DNA of 64,000 nt from Octopus sinensis (taxonomy: Eukaryota): assembly GCF_006345805.1 (NCBI RefSeq), contig NC_043013.1, positions 18,352,001 to 18,416,000 of the forward strand, read 5' to 3'. Both the position numbers and the translations under genes were made by a program. The notes beneath the pieces were generated by a model that was not told the origin of the DNA, did no database searches, and saw nothing but the letters and a program-made list of their open reading frames with translations. Below are positions 39,681 through 52,935 of the stretch, piece after piece (within the stretch, counting starts at the first letter, position 1; each line of letters begins with the position of its first letter).

Positions 39681-40464
39681 GTTTTTTGCAAAATTATGGG
39701 CAAGTCATTGCAAGTTAGAGGTGTCGTCTGCTTTGTTCGCTCTCAATATTTCAAGCATATTTTTCATTAATTTAACTGAATTCATTGCGTAATTCTATTC
39801 TTTTAAAATTCTATTGTGATTCTTACGTCCTTTACGAATATGGAAAAGAAACAATTATCATTGTTATTGTTAACAACAACAACAATAATAACGATAATAA
39901 TAATAATAACAATAATACACTTATTTTTTTTACATCATACTGGATGTTATGTGTTTGTTTGAAGTATGTACAAAATACCCGTAATGCAGCAACAACAGTA
40001 ACAACAACAACATTAGCAAAAGGCAAGAATTCATTAATCAATATGTGTTAATCAAAATAATTATCAAGATTTTATTGTTTATTATTAATGTTGGTGGTGG
40101 AAGTTGTGGCGGTGGTGGTGGAAGAATGCAATATATAAAAAGAAAAAACAAAAAGCAAAAAAAAAAAAAACGGAACATAACATGAACAACAATAAAAATA
40201 GGGATAACAAAATTGATTGAATTAAAAAGAGAAAATAATTGAATTAGAATTGCTTCCTATTGAAATTCGAACCTGTTATACCTGGATACAAAAAAAAAAA
40301 GAAAAAAGCCATCGTTTGTTTAATGTTTTGATTGCTGGAAACAAAGGAGAAAACATTTTATTGTAAATAGGAAACTGAGAAAGTTTGACGGTTTTGGGAG
40401 GAGAAAAGACAAACAAAGCCTTTTTGTTCATGAACATAACTTAGTTTTGTGTTATGTGAGTACA

Positions 40465-41100
40465 AGGTGGGTTAACGGTGGGATTATTAAGGGTTTAAGG
40501 TAGGTTAATTGTTATGTTTATATTAAGTGTTTATTGTGGGTTTTGGGGGGTTTTCAAGCGTTTCATGTGGGTAAATGGTGGGTTTATTAAGGATTTCTTG
40601 TGGGTTAAATGTGAGTTTATAAAAGGCTTATTGCGAATTAATGGCGGGTTTATTGTGGGTTTATCAAAGATTTAATCTGGGATTGCGGTGGGCTTATTAA
40701 CGGCTAAATGCAGGTTTATGAAAGGTTTAATGTGGGTGAATGATGGGTTATTAACGGTTTATAGTGAGTTGAATGTGGGATTAATCAGAGTTCAACTTGA
40801 GTTAATAATGGGTTTAATAAGGGTGTCAACTAGGTTAATGGTGGGATTATTAATAATTTTTTACGAGTTGATGGTGGGTTTATTAAGGCTTATTGCGGGT
40901 TAAATGTTAGTGCATTGAGGGTTTAATGTAGCTTGTGTTGGATTTATTGTACTTATGCGGGTTTAAACATGTTTATTTTAATTAAGGGTTAATAGTGGGC
41001 TTATTAAGTGTTCAATATGGATTAATAGTGAGTTTATTAAGGGTTTAATGTGGGTTATTGGTAGGTTTATAAAGCGTTGAATATGGATTAACTGTGGGTT
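40465..41100. repeat. Degenerate G/T-rich minisatellite
   Basis: Recurring gtgggtttattaagg(g)tttaat-like units with a strong C deficit on the + strand. Confidence 0.75.
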
Positions 41101-41519
41101 TAAAAAAACATAAGGAGCCATCGGATAATACGGTAAGCTTTGACATTATGTAATATAAGGAGTTGAAAGAAAAACTACTCCCAAGGGACGTTTAGAGGTT
41201 TAAAGTAATAATAAAAGTTAGATAACTTCAATAAGATCAGGTCTTGCAAGGTTTTCAAAATAAAGACAAATGTAGGGGTGGATCTGGACTTTACAAACAG
41301 CTAGTGACAAGAACGAACATGTTTCGATCTAGTTTAATCTCATTAGTTTCATTTCATCGTTTCATCGCGAAATTTGATAAAAAAGTTAAATTATAAACAT
41401 TGTAGTTATTCCACATTTCAGGATATTACTCACGGTAGCAGAAGTATACTTCTAAAGTTACTCGGAATACAACGAAGGCAATTAAAGAGAGGGTAACTTA
41501 AATATTGATTTCAAATTTT

Positions 41520-41690
41520 GGCACAAGGCCAGCATGTTCATGTGTGGGTAGCTAAGTCGATAGTGCTTATTTTATCGACCACGAAAGGCAAAGTCGACTT
41601 CGGCGGAATTCGAACTCAGAACGTAAAGACGGACGAAATGCCGCTAAGTATTTTGCCCGGCGTGCTAACGATCCTACCATCTCGCCGCAT
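41520..41690 (-). mobile_element. SINE family B
   Basis: gaaaggcaaagtcgacttcggcggaattcgaactcagaacgt...cccggcgtgctaacg. Confidence 0.8.
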
Positions 41691-42824
41691 TATGGGGGTA
41701 ACTTCAATACTAATGTCTAAAATGCTGGTAATTGGAAATATTTGAAGGGGGGATAAAGGAAATGATAACAGGTGAAGTAGCAGGGATCATAGGAGGGGAA
41801 GCAATTCAAAAGGGAGCGATTGGAGGGAAATAGTTCATACGACAGATAAGAACAAATATAGTTAAATAGATTTAATGCAAAGAGAGGGTAATTAAAACTT
41901 TGTAACGAAGTAATTAAAAGAAGAATCAGTGTGAATCAATCCGGCTAAATCACTGCAAGGATAATTAAAAGGGAGTAATTAAGTCCACAGGTTAGAAACT
42001 TCAAGTTAAGTATCAAGTTTCAAGTAGCGTCTTCGTTATTGCAACCCCGGATATTCACAGTTTAATCACCCGAGAACTTGGAAGGCGATCGATATGTTTA
42101 TTGAAAATCTCTTGAGTGAAGTTACACTTTGCAACTCGTGGATGCAATTCCTTGTTCTGGTTACACACTACAGAGTCGAAGGTTTGAAGTATATAGATTG
42201 TTAAGTATCAATTCCTTTAACTAACACTTTAAATGAGATGCCTCACTTCATCGTACAGAAACTTTCATATAATTAAATTACAAACCAAAGGATGGTAGGC
42301 TAGCGGAATCATAAGTGCAGCGGAAAAATACCTTTTAGTATTGATTCCGCTTCTTACATTCTGGGCTCAAAATTGATTGCTGGAGTTAATTTTGTCTTTG
42401 ATCCCCTCAATAAAATGAATTACCAGTCAAATACTGGGGTAGATGATATCCTTTTTCTCTCTTAAAATTGCTGGACGTTGGTCTAAATTAGAAATCCTGA
42501 TTAAGCTACAGCCGAAGGTTGGCAGTTTGGTAGAATCGTTAGAAAGTCGGCAAAAACACCTCGCAGTGTGTGTTTCAGTTCCTTACGTTTTGAGTTCAGA
42601 TCCTGCCAAGCTCAACTTTGCCTTTCATCCCTTTCCAGGGTCGATAAAATAAAGTGTTAGTGCAGTACTGAAATCTAAGTAATCACATAACCCTTCTTTT
42701 CAAACTTACTAGATTTGTGCCTAAATTTGAAACCCTTATTAAGTAACTCGTGTAACATATCCTTTCAGAAGAATTGCAAAAGCACAAAAATCTTTGATCC
42801 CTACAAGAACCCTTAATCTTTGAC

Positions 42825-43020
42825 TTTATCTTTTACTTGTTTCAGTCATTAGACTGCGGCCATGCTGGGGTACCGCTTTGAAGAATTTTTAATCGAATGT
42901 ATCGACCTGAGTACTTATTTTTTTAAAAACCTGACTTTATTCTTTCGATATCTTTTGCCGAACCGCTAGGTTACGTTGACGTAACCATACCAACAGCGGT
43001 TGTCAAGCAGTGGTAGACAC
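42825..43020 (-). mobile_element. SINE family A, 3' half
   Basis: ttacttgtttcagtcattagactgcggccatgctgg...ggttgtcaagc. Confidence 0.8.
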
Positions 43021-44334
43021 ACACACACCACACATAACTTTGATAACAAAGAGGAGGGTGGAAATTTTATTCACATCCGAAACTTGTTTATTTAAGTTTC
43101 CGGATGTGAATAAAATCTCCACCCTCCTCTTCGTTACCAAGGTTATTAAATATTCTACGGAATATTTGCAGTTCTGAATAGAAAGACGGAATTACCCAAC
43201 GAGTGAAGTTTACCAGTACCAGTATCTCGTTCTAAGCTTGAGTACTATATAATGGATCGTTGTGGACAGCCTGCATCTAAACCTATTGAAGAGACAATAT
43301 ATATAATAATAATATTAGGGAGTATAACTCCAAACTTACAGGGAAAAATTCAATTTAGTATTAAATCAAATTTCACAATATAAATATTTAATATATATAA
43401 AAATTAGAGAAAAACCACTATTATGCAATTTAAACAATGATAGACATAAGCCATATTATATAGAAAAAATAAAATATATTATAAAACATATAACTAGATC
43501 ACAAAATGTATAAAATAATAAATAGTACTTTTTGTGATCTAGATGTATGTTTTATGAATATATTTTATTTTTTCTATATAATATGGTTTATGTCTGTCAT
43601 TGTTTAAATTACATAATAGTGGATTTTCTCTAATTTATTTATATATATATATATATATATGAGGAAGTTTCCATCTACCAAATCCATTCACAAGGCTTTG
43701 GTAGACACTTTCCCAAGGTACCACGCAGTGGGACTGAACTCCGAACCATGTGGTTGGGAAGTAAGCTTCTTACCACACAGCTACGCCTAGTAATTAAATT
43801 TCATGCTCATTCACGTACTGATGTTAATTATCCATCAAAAAGTAGAACTGATGTTATCTGCTTCAACAACACTTGTTCAGCATCTTATGTTTTCATATCT
43901 GCCAGTAAAAGTATTCGGTTATTGCTCTGAAATATTATGAAATATGTGAAAAAATTTAGAAAATCTGAAAAATAGTCTTTTGTAAAAAAATGTCGCTGAG
44001 TATGTCTCTGCTTCTTGCAGCGCAAGGAAAGTACGTTGTTTTTTTCTCAAAGTTGTAGGTAAAATTTTGTGCGGATATATACGCGTTCGGCGTTCAAAGG
44101 CTTAATACGTAGAACCGGAGATAGAGATGGAGTGAGGGGGAGGGCTTATGTAAAATGAAATTGTGTAAAATAAAATACGAAGATGCCAACAGAATCGATT
44201 GCCAGTTTCGAATGTTGCGTGCTGCATGCAAAGCTCTGGATTTCGCGATTCACGATTTCGGATCTGGAATTAGAATGTATCCGGTCTGTTAGTGGAATGG
44301 TATCCAAGACAGGTGTGCATTGGGAAGATTGCAA

Positions 44335-45210
44335 TACATACATACGTACATACATACATACATACATACATACATACATACATACATACATACATACATA
44401 CATACATACATACATACATACATACATACATACATACATACATACATACATACATACATACAAACAATATACGGTATCTGCCAGGATAGCTTATCCCCTT
44501 TATACTATATGTATATATATATATAGAGAGAGAGAGAGGAAGGGCTTCTTTCAGTTTCTATCTACCAAATCCACTCACAAGGCTTTGGTAGGCCCGAGGC
44601 TATAGTAGAATACACTTGCCTAAGGTCATACATACATACATACATACATACATACATACATACATACATACATACATACATACAAGCATGCATATATACA
44701 TACATACCTGTATATATCTATGTGAGTTTGTGTCTTTGTGTTCGTCGCCCGTAACCACTTGACAACCGGTTTCCCTCACCTAACTTAGCGTTTCGGCAAA
44801 AGAACCGATTGAATAAGTACAAGACTTCCAAATATGTTTTAAAGTCGATTTGTTCGACTAAAACTATTCTAGGCAGAGCACCAGCATGGGCGCAGTTCGA
44901 TGACTGAAACAAATAAAATCTAAAATATGTATGTATGTATGCTTGTATGTATGTATGTATGTATGTATGTATGTATGTATGTATGTATGTATGTATGTAT
45001 GTTTGTATGTATGTATGTATGTATGTATGTATGTTTGTATGTATGTATGTATGTATGTTTGTATGTATGTATGTATGTATGTATGTATGTATGTATGTAT
45101 GTTTGTATGTATGTATGTATGTATGTATGTATGTATGTTTGTATGTATGTATGTATGTTTGTGTGTATGTATGTATGTATGTATGTATGTATGTATGTAT
45201 GTATGTATAG
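44335..45210. repeat. (TACA)n and (TATG)n microsatellites interleaved with SINE family A fragments
   Basis: Visible runs; SINE pieces at 44535-44630 (-) and 44720-44915 (+). Confidence 0.9.
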
Positions 45211-45564
45211 ACGCGTATGTGAGATTTATGGCTGTTTGGTAAAAACCTTGCTTCTCAACTGCATGGTTTCGTGTTCAACCCTCTGCTTGGAAGTTTGTGT
45301 AAGTTTCTTTTACTAAAGTGTCGGTCAAATCTTTTTTAGTGAATTTACTTAGTAGACGGAAACTGAAAGAAGCCCGCCGCTGGGAAGTTACTAATTATTT
45401 ATTATTAATACCAAATTAATCATCATCTTTTACAGCTGTTTCAATTAATACTCAGTAAATATTGATTAAATATTAAATTTATATGACCTGAGCATAATAT
45501 CTTCAGAGGGGAAAAATATACCCTTGGGTGTTTTGTATGTGTTTACGGATTCATTATAGCACAC

Positions 45565-45633
<69 letters not shown>

Positions 45634-45639
<6 letters not shown>

Positions 45640-46303
45640 TAATAAGTAAAATATATGCATACATACATGCATATATGTACGTACCTACATCTACATGTAT
45701 ATATACATGCATATATAAATATATTATACGTGAGTACAGGACACCACAAATAGACGTAGAACTCAACGAGAAACGAAAACGGAAAAACAAGCATGGAACA
45801 AACCATTATTTTACAACAGAAAAACAGAGTACAAGACAAACTACACAAGGAAAAATCCCCTTCATCAGCTGTCCCTAGTTCAACTCTAGCGTGTTTCGAA
45901 GGTAGGACAGAACACGACTCGTCAAAGTAGCCCTTCCTGCGAGAGAATTAAATAAAATTACTTCGCAGAGAGGTAAAAACAAAGAAAGAAAAAAAAATGC
46001 AACACAAACAAGACGTAAAAACGATACAAATAAAAATACAAAATAAAATACTAGATAAAAATACATGTACAAGAAAATACAATACGAAAATAAAAAATAA
46101 AAAATATAAACAAGAAAACAAACGAAAAAGGCCTTTTTCTGGCTTAGACGAAGATTCTGGCGAGCGCAAGGGAAAAAAGTGTGTTTACAGTTTGGAGGCC
46201 GCATGTAAAAAGGAAGTAGTAGGCTGGCAGTAAGAAAGATGAGGAGGAGTGAGAGAGAGAGAGAGAGATAGAGGAAGACAAGCGGCTGAGAGAGAGATGA
46301 GGA

Positions 46304-46340
<37 letters not shown>

Positions 46341-46692
46341 AAGAAGGGGAGGTAAAGCAAAGAAATATGGAGTTTCGCGTCATAATTATATATAAAACAG
46401 TACTTGGAGAAGAAGATCGGAACGAAACGAACGAATCGAATCGAATCGACGCGAAGGCGCTCAGTCATACAATAGTGTAATAAGTAAAATATATGCATAC
46501 ATACATACATATATGTACGTACCTACATCTACATGTATATATACATGCATATATAAATATATATACGTGAGTACAGGACACCACAAATAGACGTAGAACT
46601 CAACGAGAAACGAAAACGGAAAAACAAGCATGGAACAAGCCATTATTTTACAACAGAAAAACAGAGTACAAGACAAACTACACAAGGAAAAA
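45634..46692. repeat. Direct repeat of about 220 bp (45634-45855 and 46472-46692), Penelope pseudo-LTR-like
   Basis: atagtgtaataagtaaaatatatgc...acaaactacacaaggaaaa occurs twice, 838 bp apart. Confidence 0.85.
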
Positions 46693-46807
46693 AATATATA
46701 TATATATTGATAAAAACGGTAAGACAATAAAAGAAAGAGACCTCGAAATTATGTAAATAGAGGAATTTATCTGTAAATGTAATATGTGACAATTATTCGG
46801 TAGCCAT

Positions 46808-46868
46808 GATAAAACTCCGAGTTTCGGATGCCGAGGTGGAAATCCACGCCGCCATCTCTTCAGTTATC
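46808..46868 (-). ncRNA. Type I hammerhead ribozyme, intact core
   Basis: gataa-CTGAAGA-GATG...CATC(C)-GAAA-CTCGGAG-TT-ttatc: perfect 5-bp stem I, stem III ACTC/GAGT, GUU site. Confidence 0.72.
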
Positions 46869-47169
46869 CAGCGATCGGAAAAATGCTATGAAAAATGACC
46901 GTTTATACAAAGGGTCATTTTTCATAGCATGGCTCCAGAATTTACGGGGACATGTAAAAAGAGGTGTGGAAGCGGCTGGACTAGGTTAGAAACCCCTATC
47001 TCAAAAGCTGTGGTTACTAGGGCAACAAAACCGAGCCTTTGACAAGTGTTTGTCGTTTCTCTCTTTCGGATATCACCCTGTCTTTCTCGATCCCTCACCC
47101 GCGCGTAGAGCGGGTCACCTTAAGCTAGTCTATTTCATCTTTATTATATCAACACTGGTGAAATAAAGA

Positions 47170-47375
47170 AAATTTTTTATTATCAATTCCAGGGACATTG
47201 TTTTCTTGTACAGATGTTATTATTCAAGGACAAGGTTTTGTTATATTGATGCTGAATCAAAAAACAACTGCCATATTAAATTTTCTAATAGGGGTGCCGT
47301 ATATTTCTGAAAGGCTTGGCAAGGGTGCCTCGAGACAGAAAAGATTGAAATACTGTACTCTAGGGTGTCTGACAA
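47170..47375 (+). mobile_element. Possible hAT-type DNA transposon 3' end
   Basis: ggggtgccg...aagggtgcctcgaga...aaaagattgaaatactg resembles recalled hAT subterminal sequence; no left end found. Confidence 0.3.
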
Positions 47376-47475
47376 GTCGTAGATCCCCTTGCTGTATTAT
47401 AATCAAATGAATAATAACAGACGATGGATAATTGTCATCTCATAACAGCTGTAATGGGATGACAACTATCCATCG

Positions 47476-47504
<29 letters not shown>

Positions 47505-47509
<5 letters not shown>

Positions 47510-47800
47510 GAGGCGCAATGGCCCAGTGGTTAGGGCAGCGGACTCGCTGTCGTAGGATCGCGGTTTCGATTCCCAGACCAGGCGTTGTGAGTGTTTGTTG
47601 AGCAAAGACACTCAGAAGCTCCACGAGGCTCCGGAAGAGGGTGGCGGCGATCCCTGCTGTACTCTTTCGCAACAACTTTCTCTCACTCTTTCTTCTGTTA
47701 GCCTGCTCTCTTGGGCAGCGGGGTGGCGTCATTTGAAGGCTAAAACAATACGAAGCGCATTGTGACCAGCGATGTGTAGCATGGTCGGTCACGGTGGCAT
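47505..47800 (+). mobile_element. SINE family C
   Basis: tggcccagtggttagg A box and ggtttcgattccc B box. Head shared with 18012; tail shared with 56000-56280. Confidence 0.85.
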
Positions 47801-47981
47801 ATATATCCTCTCACCCCTTTTTGACGAAGAGCCATACACAAATCGTTACACACCCACTTTTTTTTTCATTTTCTACTGCGTGTCATCCTCATACATTCCA
47901 TGTGTACTCCCTTTGACTTCTTTTGTTATTTTTAATTCGATTTACCTACACACACACACACACACGAACGTACACGTGTGA

Positions 47982-48024
<43 letters not shown>

Positions 48025-48229
48025 GAGAGTGTGCGAGGTGGAATGTTAAAACAGTAAAGAGGAAGTGGAGGAAGTACGGAGAAGAAGGAAGAGTGAGAAG
48101 CGTAAGAAAAAAAGGGAGCGACAGAGAAAGAGAGAGAGAGGGGTGAGAGGGGGGAAAGTGGGAGGGAAAGTGGGAGGTAACAGTACAGTTAAAAACATCC
48201 CGTCGTTTCTACCACCTCCTACTCACTGT

Positions 48230-49640
48230 TTTCTTCTTCATGATGATGATGATGATGATGATCATCATCATATCTTCTTCCCCTTCTTCTTCCTCGTCTT
48301 CTTCCTCGTCTTCTTCCTCGTCTTTTTCTTCTTCTTCTTCTTCTTTTCTTCTTATTTTTCTTCCTCTTCTTCTTCTTCTTCTTCTTCTTTTTCTTCTTCC
48401 TCTTCTTCTTTTTCTTCTTCTTCCTCTTTCCCCCCTCCTCCTCCTCTCCTTCTTCTTCTTCTTCTTCTTCTTCTTCATCTTCTTCCTCTTCTTCTTCCTT
48501 TTCTTCTTCTTCCTCTTCTTCTTCTTCTTTTTCTTCTTCTTCTTCTTCCTCTTTCTCCCCTCCTCCTCCCCCTCCTCCTCTTCTTCTTCTTCTTCTTCTC
48601 GTCTCCTCTTTTTTCACCCGCATCTCTACTGATTCAGGTTCAACACTTACAAAATGTTGTAGAACCAATGGTGGGTGGTGGTGGTGGTGGTAGTGAGAGG
48701 ATGGTTATGGTGGGGCTGAGAGTGAAAGGCGGTTGACGATGGTGGAGACGGGGGTGATGTTGGTAGGGTGGGGGTGGGGGTGATGTTGGTGAGGGTGGGG
48801 ATGGGGATGGGGATGATGTTGGTGGGGTGGGGTGGGGGATTGATGTTGGTCGTGGGAAGATGATGGTGGTGGTGGTGATCATGGTGATAGTGATGTTGGC
48901 AGTAGTGCAAAACTCCCACGGATCACTGACTATAGTAGTTAAATAAGAACAATAACAACAACAACAGCAACAACAGCAACAACCACTGTAGCAAAACATA
49001 CAGTAAGCAAGAATATGTATAAAGACAAAGCTGGCGGATCCACCCATTCTCGTCTTCCTCTCCTCATCTCTCTGTTCACTCACTTTTTTTATTTATGCTT
49101 CAGCTACATGTCCTTCTCACTTCCACTCTCTCTCTCTCTCTCTCTCTTTCAAACACTTTCTTCTCTCTCTCTCTCTCTCTCTCTCACTCCCCGTCTCCAG
49201 CTTTTTCTGTCTTCTTCACTCCTTATTTTACTCCACATCTTTTTCCCCTCTCTCCCAACTCCTTCTCTCTCCCTCAACACTCTCCTTCCCTCTATACTCC
49301 CCCACTTCCGTTTTACCTCCCATTTGCTTCTCCCCATTTACTATTCTTTTCTCATCACTCTCTCTCCTCCGACTCCCCTCTATCTCTCTCCTTCTTCTCC
49401 CCTCTTTCTCTCTCTCTCCTGCCCTTTATTTCTCTCCTTCCTCTCTCCTCTTTCTCTCTCCTGCCCTCTCTCTCTCTCCTTCATCTCTCCTCTTTCTCTC
49501 TCCTGCCCCCTCTCTTTCCTTCCTCTCCCCTCTTTCTCTTTCTCTCCTGCCCTCTATCGCTCTCTCATTCCTCTCTCCCCTCTCTCTCCTGCCCCTTCAT
49601 CTTCGTCTTCCCTCTTCATCTCCTGTCCATCTATCCCCTC
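48230..49640. repeat. Low-complexity block: (CTT)n, GT-rich trinucleotide repeats and CT-rich tracts
   Basis: Visible. Confidence 0.9.
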
Positions 49641-49829
49641 TTTCCTTCCATTCTGCTTCTACTGTACTTCTTTCTTATCAATTCTACTAACTCATTCATT
49701 CACCCCACATCTGCTCGACATCTGTTCGACATCTGATCCCTTAGATTTACCCAGTTCCACACCGTTTCACTTCTACATCCGAACTTCTGTGTTGTAATTT
49801 ACAGAATATATGAAATATATAAGACCGAA

Positions 49830-50335
49830 ATCCAATCTGGCCCTAAATCTTTAGCCCATACAATATTTAAGCTCCAAGCACCTGCTGACACTCTATAAGG
49901 GATCAAACGAGGCCCACAGTGTAGCACTGCTCTCAAATCTGGGATAGTGTTACATGCTCCACCCCTTAATCATCAATCGTGCTGTGTCCAATCTCTTTCA
50001 TTTCTATCGCCACTATAATGGCTTCTGTCCCTCGCAGTTGGCTGGTCTCATATCCCCACCATTCAAGAACCTCTGATCCAGTCATCTCTCCACCTTTTAT
50101 AACACTTGGTGTGTCCAACTCCCCTTAAACTTCCCCGCTAGTCACTATACCCATTCCTTCCTACCCAGAAGCCCCCCTCCGGAATCTTCTCTCCACTCAT
50201 GTGTTTCTGTATGATGTTGACATGCGATAGCTTAAACAGCATATTAATAACTCGACCCCGTCCATTTCTGGTTTTGCAGGGTCTGCAAAGTTCAGCAAAG
50301 CTCAGGGGCACTGACACTGAATAAAAAAAAAAAAA
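49830..50335 (+). mobile_element. Decayed CR1/L2-group LINE 3' end with A tail
   Basis: HLLTLYK..RP...CSQIW, RAVSNLFHFYRHYNGFCPSQLAGLISPP, HYTHSFLPR-like motifs; aataaa plus poly(A) near 50320-50335. Confidence 0.65.
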
Positions 50336-50489
50336 AGAGAAAATATGGCAGCCATTCACTTAATATTTCAGTTGATTTCACTAGGATGAAATCTCGTCCT
50401 TAAATCTCATACGCAAAGAGAGTTGGCTCCATCTACTCGGCCTTTGGGAATTCCGATCTATTTCGCTGTCCACTCGTGACAAATTATAG

Positions 50490-50648
50490 ACCCAACCACC
50501 ACCACCACCACCACTACCACGACCACGACCACGACCACGACCGCGACCACCACGACCACGACCACCACGACCACGACCACCACGACCATGACCACGACGA
50601 CGACGGCGACCACCACCACCACCACCACCACCATCATCATCATCATCG
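50490..50648. repeat. (CCA)n/(CCACGA)n/(CAT)n microsatellite
   Basis: Visible. Confidence 0.9.
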
Positions 50649-51257
50649 CTGTATGCCATCAGCCCCAACAAATGTGTATATCTCGTGGGTGTGTACGTGT
50701 AAGTTCTATCAAAGTGTGACACTTTATATACACACCTTCATATATGTTGACACACATATACACATACATATGCACGCACGCATACCCTTCCCATATATAT
50801 GTACACAGGTGAACATATGTATGTACGTGTGTGTGTGTGTGCGTACCTGCGTGTGTCTCCATATGGGTGTGAATGGGAAATGTCACGCAACAATATCCAT
50901 GTATGTATGTATGTATGTATGTATGCATGTATGTATATAATAATTATATATATATATATATATATATTATGTACTACGCATGCATGGATGCATGTATGTA
51001 TGTATACACCCACCTGTATTATACAACCACGCAATAGACACATTTAATCGAGCGTTACTAGCAGCATATACAACAAACTACGTCACTAGTTAAACAAACA
51101 TCAACAGAAAATGGCTCATCGTCACTTTCGACGATGATTATCCTGTTGTTCAATCAAATAGAATTAATATTGCGTTTTCTTCTCTATCTCTACCCATGCT
51201 GCCTTCCCTATTTCTCACCCCTGCGCTCTCTCTTTCTCTCGCTATATATATTAAGGC

Positions 51258-51300
<43 letters not shown>

Positions 51301-51301
<1 letters not shown>

Positions 51302-51674
51302 TAGCAGTATCGCCCGGCGTTGCTCGGGTTTGTAAGGGAAATAAACTATATAAGCATTTTTAGAGATGTAAAGTATAATAGCCATCTCAATATGGCTAAC
51401 AACAAAGGGGGGGGGGTTACTGTAGCTTTTTACGTTCTGAGATTTAATAATAAATTTTTAGAGAGAAAATGCATTAAAAATGGGAAAAATTGATGGTAAA
51501 TATTTTAAAAAATCGTAGACTCATCCTAGACGCGCGCTAATACCCAGAAGGGCTTGATATGAATCACGACTATAAGATACCCGGTTTTGGTTAAACTGCA
51601 CCGCAAAATGTGGGAGTAGTTAGGAATCTAAATCGTAGGAGACAGACACATAACCTTACTTTTATATATAAAGA
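51301..51674 (-). mobile_element. Complete 374-bp non-autonomous Helitron-like element
   Basis: On the minus strand: A|TCTTTATATATAAAAG...cccgagcaacgccggg hairpin...CTAG|T, with no TSD. Confidence 0.85.
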
Positions 51675-51768
51675 TATACACGCATGCATGCTTACGTACA
51701 TATGCTTATGTTTGTTGGAGTGTTGATATATATAAATGGATACATATACAAATATATATATATATATG

Positions 51769-51836
<68 letters not shown>

Positions 51837-52700
51837 TGTTGTGTGTATGTATAGACGGACAGATAGTTAGACAGACAGGTAGATAGATAGATAACAGAAA
51901 TAGCTCAGAATGGCCAGTGGTATGAAGTAGGGCTGCAAAACCGTAGAAAGGTTCACTAAATACTATACAATATATATATATATATGTCTGAGTTTACTGA
52001 GACCATCATCGCTTCAAGACAAGGTAAACGAACACACTGTGGCAATTGTAATTGACTCCAAATAAGAAACGATGATAATCTTTAAAAAAAAAAATAATAA
52101 ATCAGCTCGAATTAATAAGCCACTCAGGAATTAACAATAATTTTTCTTTGTGTCCGCGAGCGTCTGTCTCAATGGGCGTCATCGGCACAGCGTTCACACA
52201 CACTCACATATAATCTCTTGTGATTAACGTTGTTAAAAGCTATTTGCGAACTGTGACTATTAACACTCCCCATTCTCAGTGTTTTCGCCATATTCACAGG
52301 CTTCTTTCAACTTTTATCTTTTATCTTTTACCTGTTTCAGTCATTAGACTGTGGCCATGCTGGAACACCGCCTTGAAGTTTTAGTCGAACGCATCGACGC
52401 CAGTATCTATGTTTACATTCTTTTTCACTAAGCCTGGTACTTATTCTATCGGTCTAATCTATCGGAAATATAAGAAAATCTCTGATGAGTACACCTGCTT
52501 TTTGACATTGCTGTACTTGATAAAATAAAGCACCAGTTAAATGCCGACTATGCTGTCTTTTCTTCCCATCAAAAGTCAGTGACCTTGTTATCTTGTGACA
52601 AAAATCGTGGCAAATGCGTGAAAAGACAAACAAGTAAACAAAAAAGAAATTATTTCTATTGTAATGGTGGTGGAATGGTTGTCGATAGAATATTGGACAA

Positions 52701-52935
52701 GGGCGGCGAGCTGGCAGAAACGTTAGCACGCCGGGCGAAATGCTTTGCGGTATTTCGTCTGCCGTTACGTTCTGAGTTCAAATTCCGCTGAGGTCGACTT
52801 TGCCTTTCATCCTTTCGGGGTCGATAAATTAAAGTACCAGTTACGCACTGGGGTCGATGTAATCGACTTAATACCTATGTCTGTCCTTGTTTGTCCCCTC
52901 TATGTTTAGCCCCTTGTGGGTAATAAAGAAATAGG
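52701..52935 (+). mobile_element. SINE family B, full length, 15-bp TSD
   Basis: TSD tagaatattggacaa at 52686-52700 and 52936-52950. Confidence 0.92.

Noticed and set aside
45875-45930. Additional hammerhead-like strings (also near 27170, 32290, 56440 and 60745)
   Set aside because: Core or stems too degenerate (missing GAAA, unpaired stem I/II) to call by eye.
48065-49797. Long low-complexity ORFs (223, 260 and 213 aa)
   Set aside because: They come from (CTT)n and CT-rich tracts that lack stop codons by composition.
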